Below, piece by piece: positions 1 to 11,827 of a DNA stretch of 64,000 nt (positions within the stretch are counted from its first letter, which is position 1; each line of letters opens with the position of its first letter). The position numbers and the translations under genes are program-made. The stretch comes from Guillardia theta CCMP2712 (taxonomy: Eukaryota > Protista > Cryptophyta), in assembly GCF_000315625.1 (NCBI RefSeq), contig NW_005434653.1, positions 353,745-417,744 on the forward strand. The letters run 5' to 3'. Under the pieces are notes generated by a model that saw only the letters and a program-made list of their open reading frames with translations, was not told where the DNA came from and did no database searches.

Positions 1-176
1 GCGGGAGGGAGGGAGGGAGGACGGGGAGAGGCAAGGAGAGTTAGAGCGAAGGGAAGGTGTAGGGTAGAAGGAGGGCGGCGGGATAAGAGGTGAAGAGGGA
101 GACGTAGGGTCAGGGGAGGAGGCGATGAGTGGGGAGGGAATCAAGTAGAAGGCCAGGGGATCAAGACGGTTGCGAC

Positions 177-929
177 CTTCTCTCCTGACGTTGTGAAGCT
201 GGACAACAATTCCTGCACACCAGTCACAACCTGCAGTAAGAAATCCTCCTCCCCCCGATTACTGCCTTATTTCCTCTTGCTCCTCCTTCTCCTGCTCTTC
301 CCTGTGTCCTTCTCCTCCCCCCTCACCTTGCCCATCGTTTCGTCGTTGCTCCACAGGCCAGCATACTCATCTCCAAGCGAAATGATGCATGCTCCTGTAG
401 AAAGAGTGAGTGATGCACAAGCAAGCAAAGGAGAGAGAGGAGAGGAGGGAGAGGAGGGAGAGGATAGGAAGTGAAGAGAGAGGGGATAGGGAATGGGAGG
501 AGAGGGGAAGAAGCTAGTGACGTGAGCGAGCTGACCGGTCAGAGTGGCTATGTCAACAATTTCTTGAGCTCCTGCAGAGCACACGAGCTGGTAAGAGTTG
601 TATCGACAAACAAACAAACTTTGTTTCCTCTGTCCCTTCTCCTCCTCCCTTACCGGCTTGCTCCGCATACACCAAAGCATCTGCAAGCGTCAGCCTTCCC
701 TCAGCATCTGTGTTGAGAACTGCAAGTGCGAAGTCAAATCCCTACCTCTTCCTCTTCATCTTCCTCCTCCCCCTACTCCTTAGCTCTACCCCCTCCACCC
801 CCTTCTACCTTCGATGGTCTTGCCGTTGCTGGCAGTCAAAATGTCTCCGGGTCTCATGGCGTCGGACGAGATCTTGAAGAAAGTGAGCATTATGAAAGAA
901 GGAAGAAGGGAGGATGGAGGGGAGGAGGC

Positions 930-1016
<87 letters not shown>

Positions 1017-3430
1017 GGAGGAGGAGGAGGAGAGCACCATGTTCTCGCACGCTGCCACGATGAAGTGAACCTCAACTCCTTCCGGCTTCATCATCCCCAC
1101 AGCCTGCTCGACATTTCAGTTTCCTACTTTGCTGTCTTCGTCCCCGTCCTTCTTCTTCTCCCCTCCCTCCCGCTTCGTCTGAGCGTCCTCGCTCACCTTG
1201 GCGCATCCCAACGTTGCAGCGCTTCCTCCCATGTCGAACTTCATCAGCTCGATCATCGATCCAGCACCAGCCTGTGAGACATTGAGTGAGAAACAGGAGG
1301 AGGGAGAGCGAGGAGGCATGAAAACGATGGGAGGAGAGAGAAGGGAGAAGAGGAAAGGAGGAGCGAGGAATGGGGAGCGACAACAGAGGAGGAGGGATGC
1401 AGAGGAGGAGGATGAAGAGACCTTGAGGTTGTACCCTCCTGAGTCAAAGCACAATCCTTTGCCGACGATTGCAATCTGCATGAGCAGGTCAAGAGAGATT
1501 TACAGCATCTCATCAAAACATTCTTTCCTTTCGATCCCCAGGCTCATGACTCCTCGACAACCACCACCACTACCTCCTCCCCCTCCTCCTCTACAACGAC
1601 CACTACTACTTCTTCCTCCTCCTCCTCTACAATGACCACCACTACCTCCTCTTCCTCCTCCTCCTCTACAATGACCACCACTACCTCCTCTTCCTCCTCC
1701 TCCTCCTCCTCTACAATGACCACCACTACCTCCTCCCCTCCTCCTCTACAACGACCACCACTACCTCCTCCTCCTCCTCCACCACCACCACCACCACCTC
1801 CTCCTCCTCCTCCTCCTCCTCCTCCTGGACCTCTTACCTTCTTCTTCACCTCTCCCTTGGGCTTGTAGGTCACATGAATAAATTTAGGGGGCTGGGCTGA
1901 TCCCCTTGACACCGCCAGGTACGCGCCCATTCCTCTCCTCTCGCACTCGTCGCGCTCAAGGATGGTGCAGCTCATTCCATGCTCCTTGGCGATGTTCCTT
2001 GCAGTCTCAGCCAGGGTGGAAGGAGTGACGTAGTTTGAAGGAGCTCCCACCAGATCTCTAGCCATCTTCACCCCTGACGAACAAACAGTAAGGATCTTGC
2101 ATCGTTCTTCCTCTTCCTCTTCCTCTTCCTCTTCCTCTTCCTGCCCGTCCCCGCATTCCTTGCTTCCGTCCTCGCTCCTCGCTCCTCGCTCATTCTCCAC
2201 CCTTCTCCTCTCACCCTCGTTAATGTGGAAGGAGGACTGAACGAGCGCATCGTCGTACACATCGTTGCTCGCGATGACCTCCAGGCTCTCTAGCAGGCAA
2301 CCTTTCTCCTTGTCATCTCCTGACTTGAAACGCACGTCGTGGTAAATCCCCTCCAGCACAGCCTGCGCCTACTGGTCACCTCCTCCACTCCTTCCCCACC
2401 ATCGCGGTCACCTGCACCATCGCCTTCACCGCTGTGCTGTCAAACCCCTGGGGCACGACAACAGCTGCTGTCTTCGCCTTCTCGGTCTTGGCAGAGCTCG
2501 CAATCTGCTTGCCCAGAGCGAAACCTGACGCCATTGCAGCCTGGGTGACATTCCCCATCCCCACCAGCGACAGTTTCTTGAAGCTCGACGACTTTGCAAG
2601 GCGGGTCAGCACGGAGGATCCTGACTTGCCCTTGAACTCGTTTTCCTTGATGATTTCGGACAAGAGGCCGTCAATGGAGGCGTCGAGCTCGGCAGCGGCT
2701 CCAGTCAGGCTGACCAGCGCGTTCTTGTCCTCTCCCCCGACCTCAGGGAAGGGAAAAAAGAGCAGGTCGCCTTTCCATTCCTTCGGGGAGGAGGTGCTCT
2801 GACGGACAGCAAGCTTCGGGGAGTCTGTGAAGACAGGATGGTTGCCAGCAATGGACGACATTCGCACCAGGGGGAACGACTGCCTGGTCACCGAGCTCCT
2901 GGTCAGCTGGAGAGGTTTGTACATGGATGACGGACGTAGCGACTTGTCAAACCAGCTGGAGGAAGCAAACCTCCTGCCCATCAGCGCAGGAGTCATCTGG
3001 AACGCCCAGGAGGACTGAAATAGGAGTTAGTGCTGTCCGATCAACAACTCCATGGAGCATCATGATCAACTTGGAACATTTAGCATTAGAATGTTCCGAT
3101 CTTTCACCAGTTCTCTCAACTGATTACCCCGCTCAAACCGTCTCTTCTTCACAGAATGAGTTTGAGAACACCTTGTCTATCACATCAACTCTCGTTTTCT
3201 GTCCATTGTGCTGTGGTGTGCATGGTGTGGTGTAATGTGATGTGATGAGATGAAATGTGATGTGATGTGATGAGATGAAATATGATGTGATGAGATGAAA
3301 TATGATGTGATGCGATGCGATGCGATGCGATGCGATGCGATGCGATGCGATGCGATGCGATGCGACGTCTTTATCGTCTTCATCTTCTCACCTGCGCCAT
3401 GGCGACAACAAGCAGCCCCTGCGCGCGCAT
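177..3430 (-). CDS. M17 leucyl aminopeptidase, multi-exon, with bipartite plastid-targeting presequence; 3' end lies beyond window start
   Basis: Spliced exons give the M17 motifs [54 protein letters not shown] and [16 protein letters not shown]. Exon 1 (3430-3392, [13 protein letters not shown]) joins exon 2 at 3014 ([15 protein letters not shown]). Confidence 0.95.
931..1014. repeat. (GAT)28 microsatellite in an aminopeptidase intron
   Basis: Perfect trinucleotide run; it explains the spurious poly-D/S/I/H ORFs. Confidence 0.97.
3230..3365. repeat. Pentanucleotide satellite: degenerate GATGT/GATGA grading into about 11 GATGC units, in intron 1 of the aminopeptidase
   Basis: Directly visible tandem pentamers. 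Confidence 0.93.
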
Positions 3431-5036
3431 TCCTTTATATGTTTAAGAGGCTCGCAACCTGATTGACCTTGTTTGAGTGCCGGGTACCATCACACAGGGC
3501 GGCCCCGGCGGCAGCCGGGCGGCCCGGCCCGGCCGTCCGATCAGAGCCGCCCGGCCCGGCGGGCCGAGGGCCCCGGCCCGTGACGGCCTCGCCGCATGCC
3601 ACTGGGCCAGGCTCAGCTGGGCCAGGCTCAGCAGTACTGATTTCAAGTCCGAGTCATTTTAACTTCAACTTGAGAGGCTGAGTCAACCGCGCGACGCCGG
3701 GCGAACTTTCAGGGCCCGGCTCTTCAAAATCCTAAGCCGGGTCCGATCGGAGACTCTGCCAGAGTCTCCCCGCGCAGCCTTACCCGTATCGTACGGTCTG
3801 TCACGCCGTCGTACTGACTAGTAGTAGCCCGGCGAGTCCCGCCGATCTGGCCCACGGTCCGCCGAGTCTCTGCCACCGCGGCGCCGCGCGGCCGGGCCGC
3901 CTCGGCCGGGCGGTGCCGCCCGCGGCCCGGCCGGCACGCCGGTGACCCGGTACTACCGTACGGTCGGCCGACCGCCGTTGCAGTACTAAAGTAGGGTGGT
4001 CACCGCAGTCAAAAGTCACGTTCTCGGCACGCTGCCCCGACTCTCATCAGTCACGGTGATTCGGGTTTCACCGATAGCTGTAAGCCTGCCCGAATCCTCA
4101 GGCTAACCGAAAGATGATCTAATTACTAGTTACTGTGGCCCGTGCCGGCTGCAGGGGGCCGGAAGGAGGCACGAAGAGGCAGCAGTTGCGTCCGTTAGTT
4201 AAGACCTCGGGGATAAAGAACTCTACCTCATGACATGTAGGCCATGACAGTGATTCGGTCGGCCGGGCCGATCTTTAACCCTTCACGGGCCCACCTCGGC
4301 AAAGGTGACATGGACTGCAGTTGTACCCGGTGACCGGGTAGTTCTAGGCTACAAGCGAAGGCATTGAGGGGGTAGGGTGATGAGAGTCAGTACTGTAAAA
4401 GCGGCAAGGGATTCAGGCTGACCTCTTTGCTTTCAGAGGGTTACAAATCCCGTGACTCCTATGGCTACCCCTTCACCCCCCTTCCCCCCCTTGATCACCC
4501 CTACCCCCATCCAGTAGAAACCTTTCACGAGCAACTGAGGCAGGCAAGTCACGTCAAGCTTAAGGAGTTATAGCAGAGAGGAGAGGGGTATGCTCGATTT
4601 ACTTTGAGGACAATTAGAAAATGCTCGACGTAGACCCCTGAAGGTTTCAAGATCTCGTTCTCTTTATATAGTTTGCATGAGGGTCCGAACGTACCGTTCG
4701 AAGTTGCGCTTGTCTCCGATAAACTACCCTACCCCACCATGAATTTAAAAAGTACCATTGACCCCCCAGGATTACCTGAAAAGAACCCCTGGGATGGAGT
4801 TTGAACCCCACCCTAAGATAGTTGCAGTGCGCATTCATTACTACACCTGTGCTGCCCAAATGGAAACACCCTCCTCCCTTCTTCAACTCCGCTCCGCTCT
4901 ACACTGCTCTCTACTGCTCTCCTCCACCCTCCTATCCACTCCACACTCAAGCCTCAATCAACTCTCCGCTCTACACTCAGCTCCACTGCTTCGTCACTTG
5001 TTTTCTACACCGTTTGAAAGGATTGTCGTGACGACG

Positions 5037-5609
5037 ATGACATCAAGAGTGTTCGTTAGTGCAAGGGCTAGGCGAGGAGCAAACAGAACAAACAGACCCT
5101 TCCTTCATGAACGATCGAGAGAGGTGGAGATCACAAGACAAGTCATCCTAGAACACATCCACATGAGGCAAGTCGATGCGGCCAGAGCGCTGGTAAGAAT
5201 CCTCAAGCAATTCACAACTCCTTATCTTCCCTGCTTACCTTGCTGTCAGGGCATCTCTCTCACGAGCCTCAAGACCGCATGCCGCCGTTTAGGCTTCAGC
5301 CGATGGCCCTACTCCAGGCACAGGGCCCCAGACACCACCCTCCAACATGTACAAGAACATGAGCACGGCGATACAACGGACGAACGAGTTCAACAGGAAG
5401 TTAAGTGGGACAGTGAGAGTGACAGAGAAGAATACCTGTTGAGCCTGGAGGATCAAAGCGGGAGGGACATTGATATAGAGGCTTTTGGTGAGGAGGATCA
5501 AGTCAGGATCGAAGGGTGCGGAGAAATTGAAGGATCATGGCTGGAGTGGTATTTACGTAGCACGGACGAGGACGATGTGAGTAGGATGTGGAAGGAATTG
5601 GCTCAGTAA
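5037..5609 (+). CDS. RWP-RK domain transcription factor (copy 1); intron 5193-5249
   Basis: Spliced product HIHMRQVDAARAL/GISLTSLKTACRRLGFSRWPYSR matches the RWP-RK consensus; GT-AG intron of 57 nt. Confidence 0.9.
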   Translation: MTSRVFVSARARRGANRTNRPFLHERSREVEITRQVILEHIHMRQVDAARALVRILKQFTTPYLPCLPCCQGISLTSLKTACRRLGFSRWPYSRHRAPDTTLQHVQEHEHGDTTDERVQQEVKWDSESDREEYLLSLEDQSGRDIDIEAFGEEDQVRIEGCGEIEGSWLEWYLRSTDEDDVSRMWKELAQ

Positions 5610-7262
5610 GGGGATTTGCTTGAAGTTGATCTATGATCTACAGATCACAGTTTTGATTCATGCCTGCATGGAGCGACGAATGTTTAACTTTGCTCACGGT
5701 GAAGCTAATGATACTCAGTAGTTCCCTGACTTGATCAATGGTGAATAATCTACCTTAAAGTCGCTGTCACATAGCATTAAAACATTGCCTTTACTTAAAA
5801 AGGGCCAAACTCCAAATACTTTTTGTCCTGGGATGTTTTTGTCACAACCCGAAGCTGTACGGGTTGCAGACGTCCACAGCGAAGGTTCAAGGCCCTCCGC
5901 TGGATCACACATATAGATGTAGTGTAGTGATGTCGAGTTTACTAGCGATGCTTGCTCAGCGTGGCATGCAACATGAGGAGAGAACAGACCCTTCTAGCTT
6001 GACAGGCTGATCCTTACATAGGCTAAGGGAAGTACTAGGGGTACTGGGGTAGACTATCCTGGGTTATCCAGGAGAAGTCAGTTTCGAACCCCAGTACGAG
6101 ACAGCAAACTGTCCTTTCTTTTCAGTAAACCTTTGTCTGACTCGGGCTCGGTTCCTATGAGCTCTGACATGTCTGTCATGCTTATACAGAGTGCGAGGGG
6201 GTTTGTCAAGGAAACATCACAGTCCGTGACTAGGAACTTGATGTTGCATCCACGTGCACTGGGTTGCAGCAGCAGCAGACATGGCGATATCGCAACGGCA
6301 TACAAGTCTGGCAGTTACAGGCAGACGAGGCTCCGATGATAACCTGGTGAGGGAACTGTTCCAATGAACTAGCAAAGCTGCGCTGGGGACGAGGAGGATG
6401 CAAGCCTGAAGCTAGATTCCTTTATGTACAGCAGACAATACAGACACTGCTACAGAGTACTGGAGTTGCGACCACTCTTCTGCCTCACACGTACAAGCGC
6501 ACCTGATCTCCATCGAGACCAGTAGTACATGCCGTGTTAGTTGCTCGGAACTTGACTGCATCCACGTGCAGTCGCAGCAGTATATGCCAACATCAGAACT
6601 CTGACTCTCTCTCTAGCTCGCGCCCCCTCCGTCCGTCTGTCCGTCCGTCCCCCGAGACAAGGATCAGACAGTGAGGGGAACTTGTGCTTTCTGTTGGTAT
6701 AACGACGACGTTGTCGTTGAAGACATTTTGATATCCAACGATCCTGATAGCAGAGGTCAACTCTGTTAGCGTCACAAGTTAGCTTTACGAGTCAAGAGTT
6801 TCAGTAAAACCTCAACGGATGTAGGGGCAGCGCATTGACCGTTGCAGCGCAGTCCGTCTATTAGGTTTTAAAACAGAGACCTCTGGTGGGTGTTGTAAAG
6901 TGTCGATGATGAGATGTGACAGGACGTGACGCCGCCGTGTCAAAATCGTGACTTGTAAGTCGAAACGTTTTGATTTAAGTTGACGACCCCAAAAAAATCC
7001 CCAAAAAAGAAAATTAGGACTACATCAGGAAGAAGACATCCATTTTTCTTCTTTCAGACCTCAAAAGACGCGATTTCTGAAAGGAGGTGCCCCGCTCGTA
7101 GCACGAGCGCAAGGGACAGCATCTGCCACATCAAACAGCGTCACGACGCTGCTAAACCTCCTCCTCCTCCTCCTCCTCCTCCTCCTCCTCCATCTACCTG
7201 GAAGATCCACTGACAGGAACAGCACAATGCAGGTGTGAGGGGCAAGACTCAGAATCTCACAC

Positions 7263-7823
7263 ATGTCTACCATTGTGCTTGTTGGGGCGAGACCGCGGCG
7301 AGGAAGCAACGGGCTGCATGAGCATCAGACAACGCAGGAGGTCGAAATCACAGGTCCAGTCATTCAAAACCTCTTCCATATGAGGCAAGCTGACGCTGCA
7401 AGGATCCTGGTGAGTCACTGTTCTGGTTCTAGATCATTCGCTCACGCCATTCTTCAGGGCATCTCTCTCTCGAGCTTGAAGTCCGCGTGCCGTCGCCTGG
7501 GCTTCCCCCGATGGCCGTACTCGAGGCATAGACCCACCGCCACTCATATCGACGACAAGACAGACGAGGAGGCCTCAGGTTCGACTTCTGCCGCAGGATG
7601 TAGCCCAGCATCAGCCCCTGGATGTGCCAACTCCCTTCAAACCCTCCTACCTGAATTCCCCCGAATCACCTACTCCCCAGACAGAGTCAGAGACAGAGAA
7701 GAGGTGGCAATGACGACGCCCTGCCTGCACGAGGCTGCTGGCGGCGACTGGGAGGGCGAGCGAGGCATAGACACGTCATGGCTGGAGAGGTACATGCAGA
7801 GTACGGACGAGGACGAGGTGTGA
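7263..7823 (+). CDS. RWP-RK domain transcription factor (copy 2); intron 7410-7457
   Basis: LFHMRQADAARIL/GISLSSLKSACRRLGFPRWPYSR; 48-nt intron at the same position as in copy 1. Confidence 0.92.
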   Translation: MSTIVLVGARPRRGSNGLHEHQTTQEVEITGPVIQNLFHMRQADAARILVSHCSGSRSFAHAILQGISLSSLKSACRRLGFPRWPYSRHRPTATHIDDKTDEEASGSTSAAGCSPASAPGCANSLQTLLPEFPRITYSPDRVRDREEVAMTTPCLHEAAGGDWEGERGIDTSWLERYMQSTDEDEV

Positions 7824-9631
7824 GGAGGGAGGAGAGGAGAGAGCGAGGAGGGAGCGAGGAGCGGAGAGGATCTAACGCATTAAAGAAGCATGGCGACGAG
7901 GGTTGTGAGGGGAGGGTGCGGAGGGCTGATCATCAGTGCTACTGGAGGTCTGCTAGAGGATAAATCTTGCTCTAGAAGATGTTTCACCACAACGCATGCT
8001 CGTAGAACCTTAAAGAAAGCACAAGAGGCAAGTGCGAGCGATGCCTCTAGATGGTGAGCAGGATTACCAAACAAATCCGAAAAGCGTCATGGAGAGGACA
8101 GGGGAAAACGCGTGCAAGGTGATTGGGACACGCTAGAAGTAGCTCGATTCACAGCTTCTCACGCAATAGTCCGTGTTCTCCTCCTCCGCTGCCCACATCC
8201 TCGACTTCTTGGCTAAACTTGCTTCCAACAGACAACGCTACAGGGCCCTCACTGACCACTTCGATTTGCCGCTTCCGTCGAGGATCACCATGCACTCCTA
8301 TCAGCCGCTGAGCGGCGATGTTACCGTCACAGTCCGCGCGCGCGCGGATGAGACCCGGCGGGCCGGACGTACTGGAAGTTCGCCGGACAGGCGATTCACT
8401 CAAGTCTGAGACTTGTGGAGACTCTACCATGGTGGCACGTTGAGTAAAGCCGCGAGGAGGTGTAAACCAATCTCGAGATCGATCTTCGTATCTTAAAAGG
8501 GTTGTTGGATATCACTCCTTTTCGAGTTGCAGCCTCAATCCATATCCGTTTCCGACCAGTCGCTCTCGCACCTCCCTGGCTCCAACACGAGTCGATGCCC
8601 CTCCCCGTCACTCCCCGTCCCCCCTGCTCTCCCTCCCCCCACATCTCCTCGTCCCTACGTGTCTGCTCCCCGCCCCTTTGCTCAGATAGCCATCTCTCTT
8701 CCCTTTTCCCCTCCTGCACTGATCGCTCCCTCAAGCTCATCAATGTCCTCTTCCGTCCTCATCGGCGCGAGACCTCGGGATGGTATGGCCCATCACACAC
8801 GCAGCAGCGAGGAGAGGGAAGTAGAGGTCACCAGGCAAGTCATCTTGGACCTCTTCCACATGAGGCAAGCCGACGCTGCCACCTCCCTGGTATGTATCTC
8901 ATGCCCTCCTTCATCTCCCTTCCTCCCCCCCCTTGTCTCGATCCCTCCTGCCTGGCTTGCCGTGTCAATGAGACATGCGCTGATTGCGTTTCGCTCCTCA
9001 GAGCATCTCTCTCTCGAGCTTGAAGTCCGCGTGCCGTCGCCTGGGCTTCCCCCGATGGCCGTACTCGAGGCATAGACCCACCGCCACTCATCTCGACGAC
9101 AAGACCGACGAGGAGGCCTCAGGGTCAGCGTCAGGGTCGGGCTCATCAGCCCCTGGTGCTGCTACTACTGCTACTGCAGCAGCAGCATGTGCATGCGCAT
9201 CTCTTGCTGACTCGTCATCTCCTACTGCTGCTTGTGCCTCTGCCAATCTCACTACACCTTACTCTGATACTGCTGCCGCCGCTTCAGCTGTTTGTTCGAG
9301 GTCTGCTCCAGATGCCTGCAGGTATGCGGCAACCAGCTTCAGCTGCTTGGAAGAGGACGAGGAGGGAAGCGAGATGACAGCGACGACGCCCTGCCTGCAC
9401 GAGGCTGCTGGCGGCGACTGGGAGGGCGAGCGAGGCATAGACACGTCATGGCTGGAGAGGTACATGCAGAGTACGGACGAGGACGAGGTGTGAGGAGGGA
9501 GGAGAGGAGAGAGCGAGGAGGGAGCGAGGAGCGGAGAGGATCTAACGCATTAAAGGAGCATGGCGACGAGGGTTGTGAGGGGAGGGTGCGGAGGGCCGAT
9601 CATCAGTGCTACTGGAGGTCTGCTGGAGGAT
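7712..9631 (+). repeat. Near-identical direct repeats between RWP-RK copies 2 and 3 (7712-7961 vs 9382-9631; also about 7459-7579 vs 9003-9123)
   Basis: Visual alignment: a block of about 250 bp including 3' UTR with only a few mismatches. Confidence 0.92.
8743..9493 (+). CDS. RWP-RK domain transcription factor (copy 3); intron 8890-9001
   Basis: LFHMRQADAATSL/SISLSSLKSACRRLGFPRWPYSR; 112-nt intron at the same position; shared C-terminus WLERYMQSTDEDEV. Confidence 0.92.
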
Positions 9632-9649
9632 GTTTGCACGACGTTAGCT

Positions 9650-11827
9650 CGCCGATCGATTCGCGAACTTGGAGCGTATCGGGCTGTACTTTCAGCCGTC
9701 GTGGGCCATTCTAAAAACCAACCTAAAGAGACGTTCTCGCAAGGTTATGGTACATGTAGCAGATGTGCGGATCGTATGCTAGCCCATTGCTCCGAAGCAG
9801 CCAAGATACTCTTATGACCAAGAGAAGCCGATGTTTGTTGATAACCCTCGCCATCAGCATAGCCGTGCTTGGCCAGCCAGTGTCGCTAGTTTTCTCTCTG
9901 TCCATAAGTCTCCATGTTCATGATAGAATGATGGCAGAACGCGACGGTCGAGCATGCACGAAGGCGTCAAGGCCAGTCTCAACTCCAGCCACTACGATAC
10001 TTCTCCTCCACGTCAGCACTTCAGTCTGCTGCAGCTCGGACCGCCCGGCCGGGGTCCCTCCGTCCTTGACCAGGGTCATTTGTAGCTTCAACTCCTTCAC
10101 GAGCTGTCAGACTGGTCCAAGCAAGGGGAAGTGCAATCACCCATTCGAAGCTCCCAACACTTGATCTCAGCGTCGGGGCAGCGGAGACTGGAAGAGTGAG
10201 GAGCTGTTGGAGGGTAATCATCAAGGGAGGACGAGCATGGCAGGGAGGAGGGAGGGACAGGAGAAGCATCGTTCGTGCTGTCTCACCATGTTGGTGTGCA
10301 GTCGGTTCTCAGTGCAAACCGTCCTGGAGATATGCTGTGTGCATTGTGCGTTCTGTTGAGGTCGATTAAAACCTCAATGCAATCACAGATATGCAGGCGG
10401 CAACCGGATCGTTGTCCGAGTCTGCCGGGTATGTAGCGTAAGGCTTGTTGATGGTTTCTTGGCTCTCAATCGTCACCGTTATCCTCTCACACTTGACAGC
10501 AGCCTGCAGTGCAGCAGGTTAAAGTCACGAAGTCTGACGAGAGCGGCAACCCTTGTTACCTCGCTGAAGTCGAAACAGATCGCGATGTTTTCCCCGCAGT
10601 GGAACTCACCATCGGGCATTTCGAAGTACATCACCAGCCTGTTCTCGAACATGATTTTGAACGAGGACATGTCAATGGGTGCCGAGGAAGGAACACTATC
10701 GTAGACTGCAAGCTCCGCCGGCTTCTCTAGTGATGACAAGATCTTCTCTCCTATTGAATTCCTCGCCTTGCCAAGGAGTCAGCCCACCCCACTCCCAGCA
10801 GACTCCCACCCCACTCCCAGCTTTTACCCGTTCCAGGGCCTGAGCTCTTGCTAAGAACTCATGGTACAGGCTTCCCTCTAGCCCGAAGATCTGGATGACG
10901 TGTACTTGCTAGCTCCACTCCGTCAGCCGATGTCTGCTGGGGCAGTGCTGGAGTACCTGGGGCGCATACCGCGACACTACCCGGAGGGGCAGAGTGAGCA
11001 CTCGCGGCTGAGGCACGATGTTTCCTATCCCTTCCAGCTGTATCTCCACCACAACCCCGTAGGTGAACGAGAAGCATTTCCCTGCGATGATCCCCGTGCG
11101 TCAGGTCCGAGACAAGAGACAACTGGGGACCGTGTCGGCACCTTTGAACGTCGGAGGGAGGAGAGGAGGGAGTGTGAACTCATAAAGGTACGAGCGCTTC
11201 TCGCCTTCATAGATGACGGCATCTGAGCAAACTGATAGCGAACACTTGTTCAACACACATCCCCACGAGTAAGTTCAGAAATCACCGAGCGTCTGCTGAC
11301 TTTCAAAAATCTGTTCCAAGGAACCCGAGTCGTATTCGCCAGGAAACTTAGTATGAAGGTAGCTGGACAAAGGAGAAGATCTTGCGATCCTAGAGCTCTT
11401 GTCCAACTTCCCATACCTCGGGTTCAACCGGATCCATCCAACAGCGCTGCATGAAACTCCAGGGTCAGTCCTTCAAGGTCGGGCCACCAAGGTTCACCTA
11501 GCCGCGCAATGTAGCACAGTGACGGACTTCTCGTGGTTCGGAACTCTCTTCTCCGGACATGGCCAGCAGATGCTGATCACCGCCCGAACACAACTACGAA
11601 GAACAAGGCGCGCATCAGCGAACCGGGGCCTGACCACCCAATGAAGCCGCTGTCGCTCCGGATCCGCCATGCTGAGCTCGCCCTTCCCAGTCCTCGACCA
11701 ATCCGAGGCCTCATTCTAAACCTCCTCCCCTTACAATAAGCTATGACTGACCTCCCACCTCCTTCTCCTCTCTGCTTTACCTGCCTGGCGCCGCCATGGC
11801 GTCCACCGCCTCCAGCGTACACTCCAT
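9650..11827 (-). CDS. Hypothetical multi-exon protein, no recognisable domain; boundaries uncertain
   Basis: Consecutive phase-compatible exons with GT-AG introns (GVVVEIQLEGIGNIVPQPRVLTLPLRVVSRYAPQ / QVHVIQIFGLEGSLYHEFLARAQALER / ARNSIGEKILSSLEKPAELAVY...); candidate ATG at 11827. Confidence 0.45.

Noticed and set aside
786-1870. Poly-D/H/I/S/P/G ORFs
   Set aside because: These are translations of intronic microsatellites in the aminopeptidase gene.
3230-3365. Short periodic repeats as a CRISPR or telomeric array
   Set aside because: Simple pentamer satellite with no spacers; eukaryotic intron; no cas genes.
4758-5036. N-terminal extension of the 283-aa ORF of RWP-RK copy 1
   Set aside because: It begins at TTG in low-complexity DNA, and the paralogs align from the ATG at 5037.
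10509-11226. Plus-strand ORFs 10509-10730 and 10900-11226
   Set aside because: Splice signals and frame continuity favour a minus-strand gene here.
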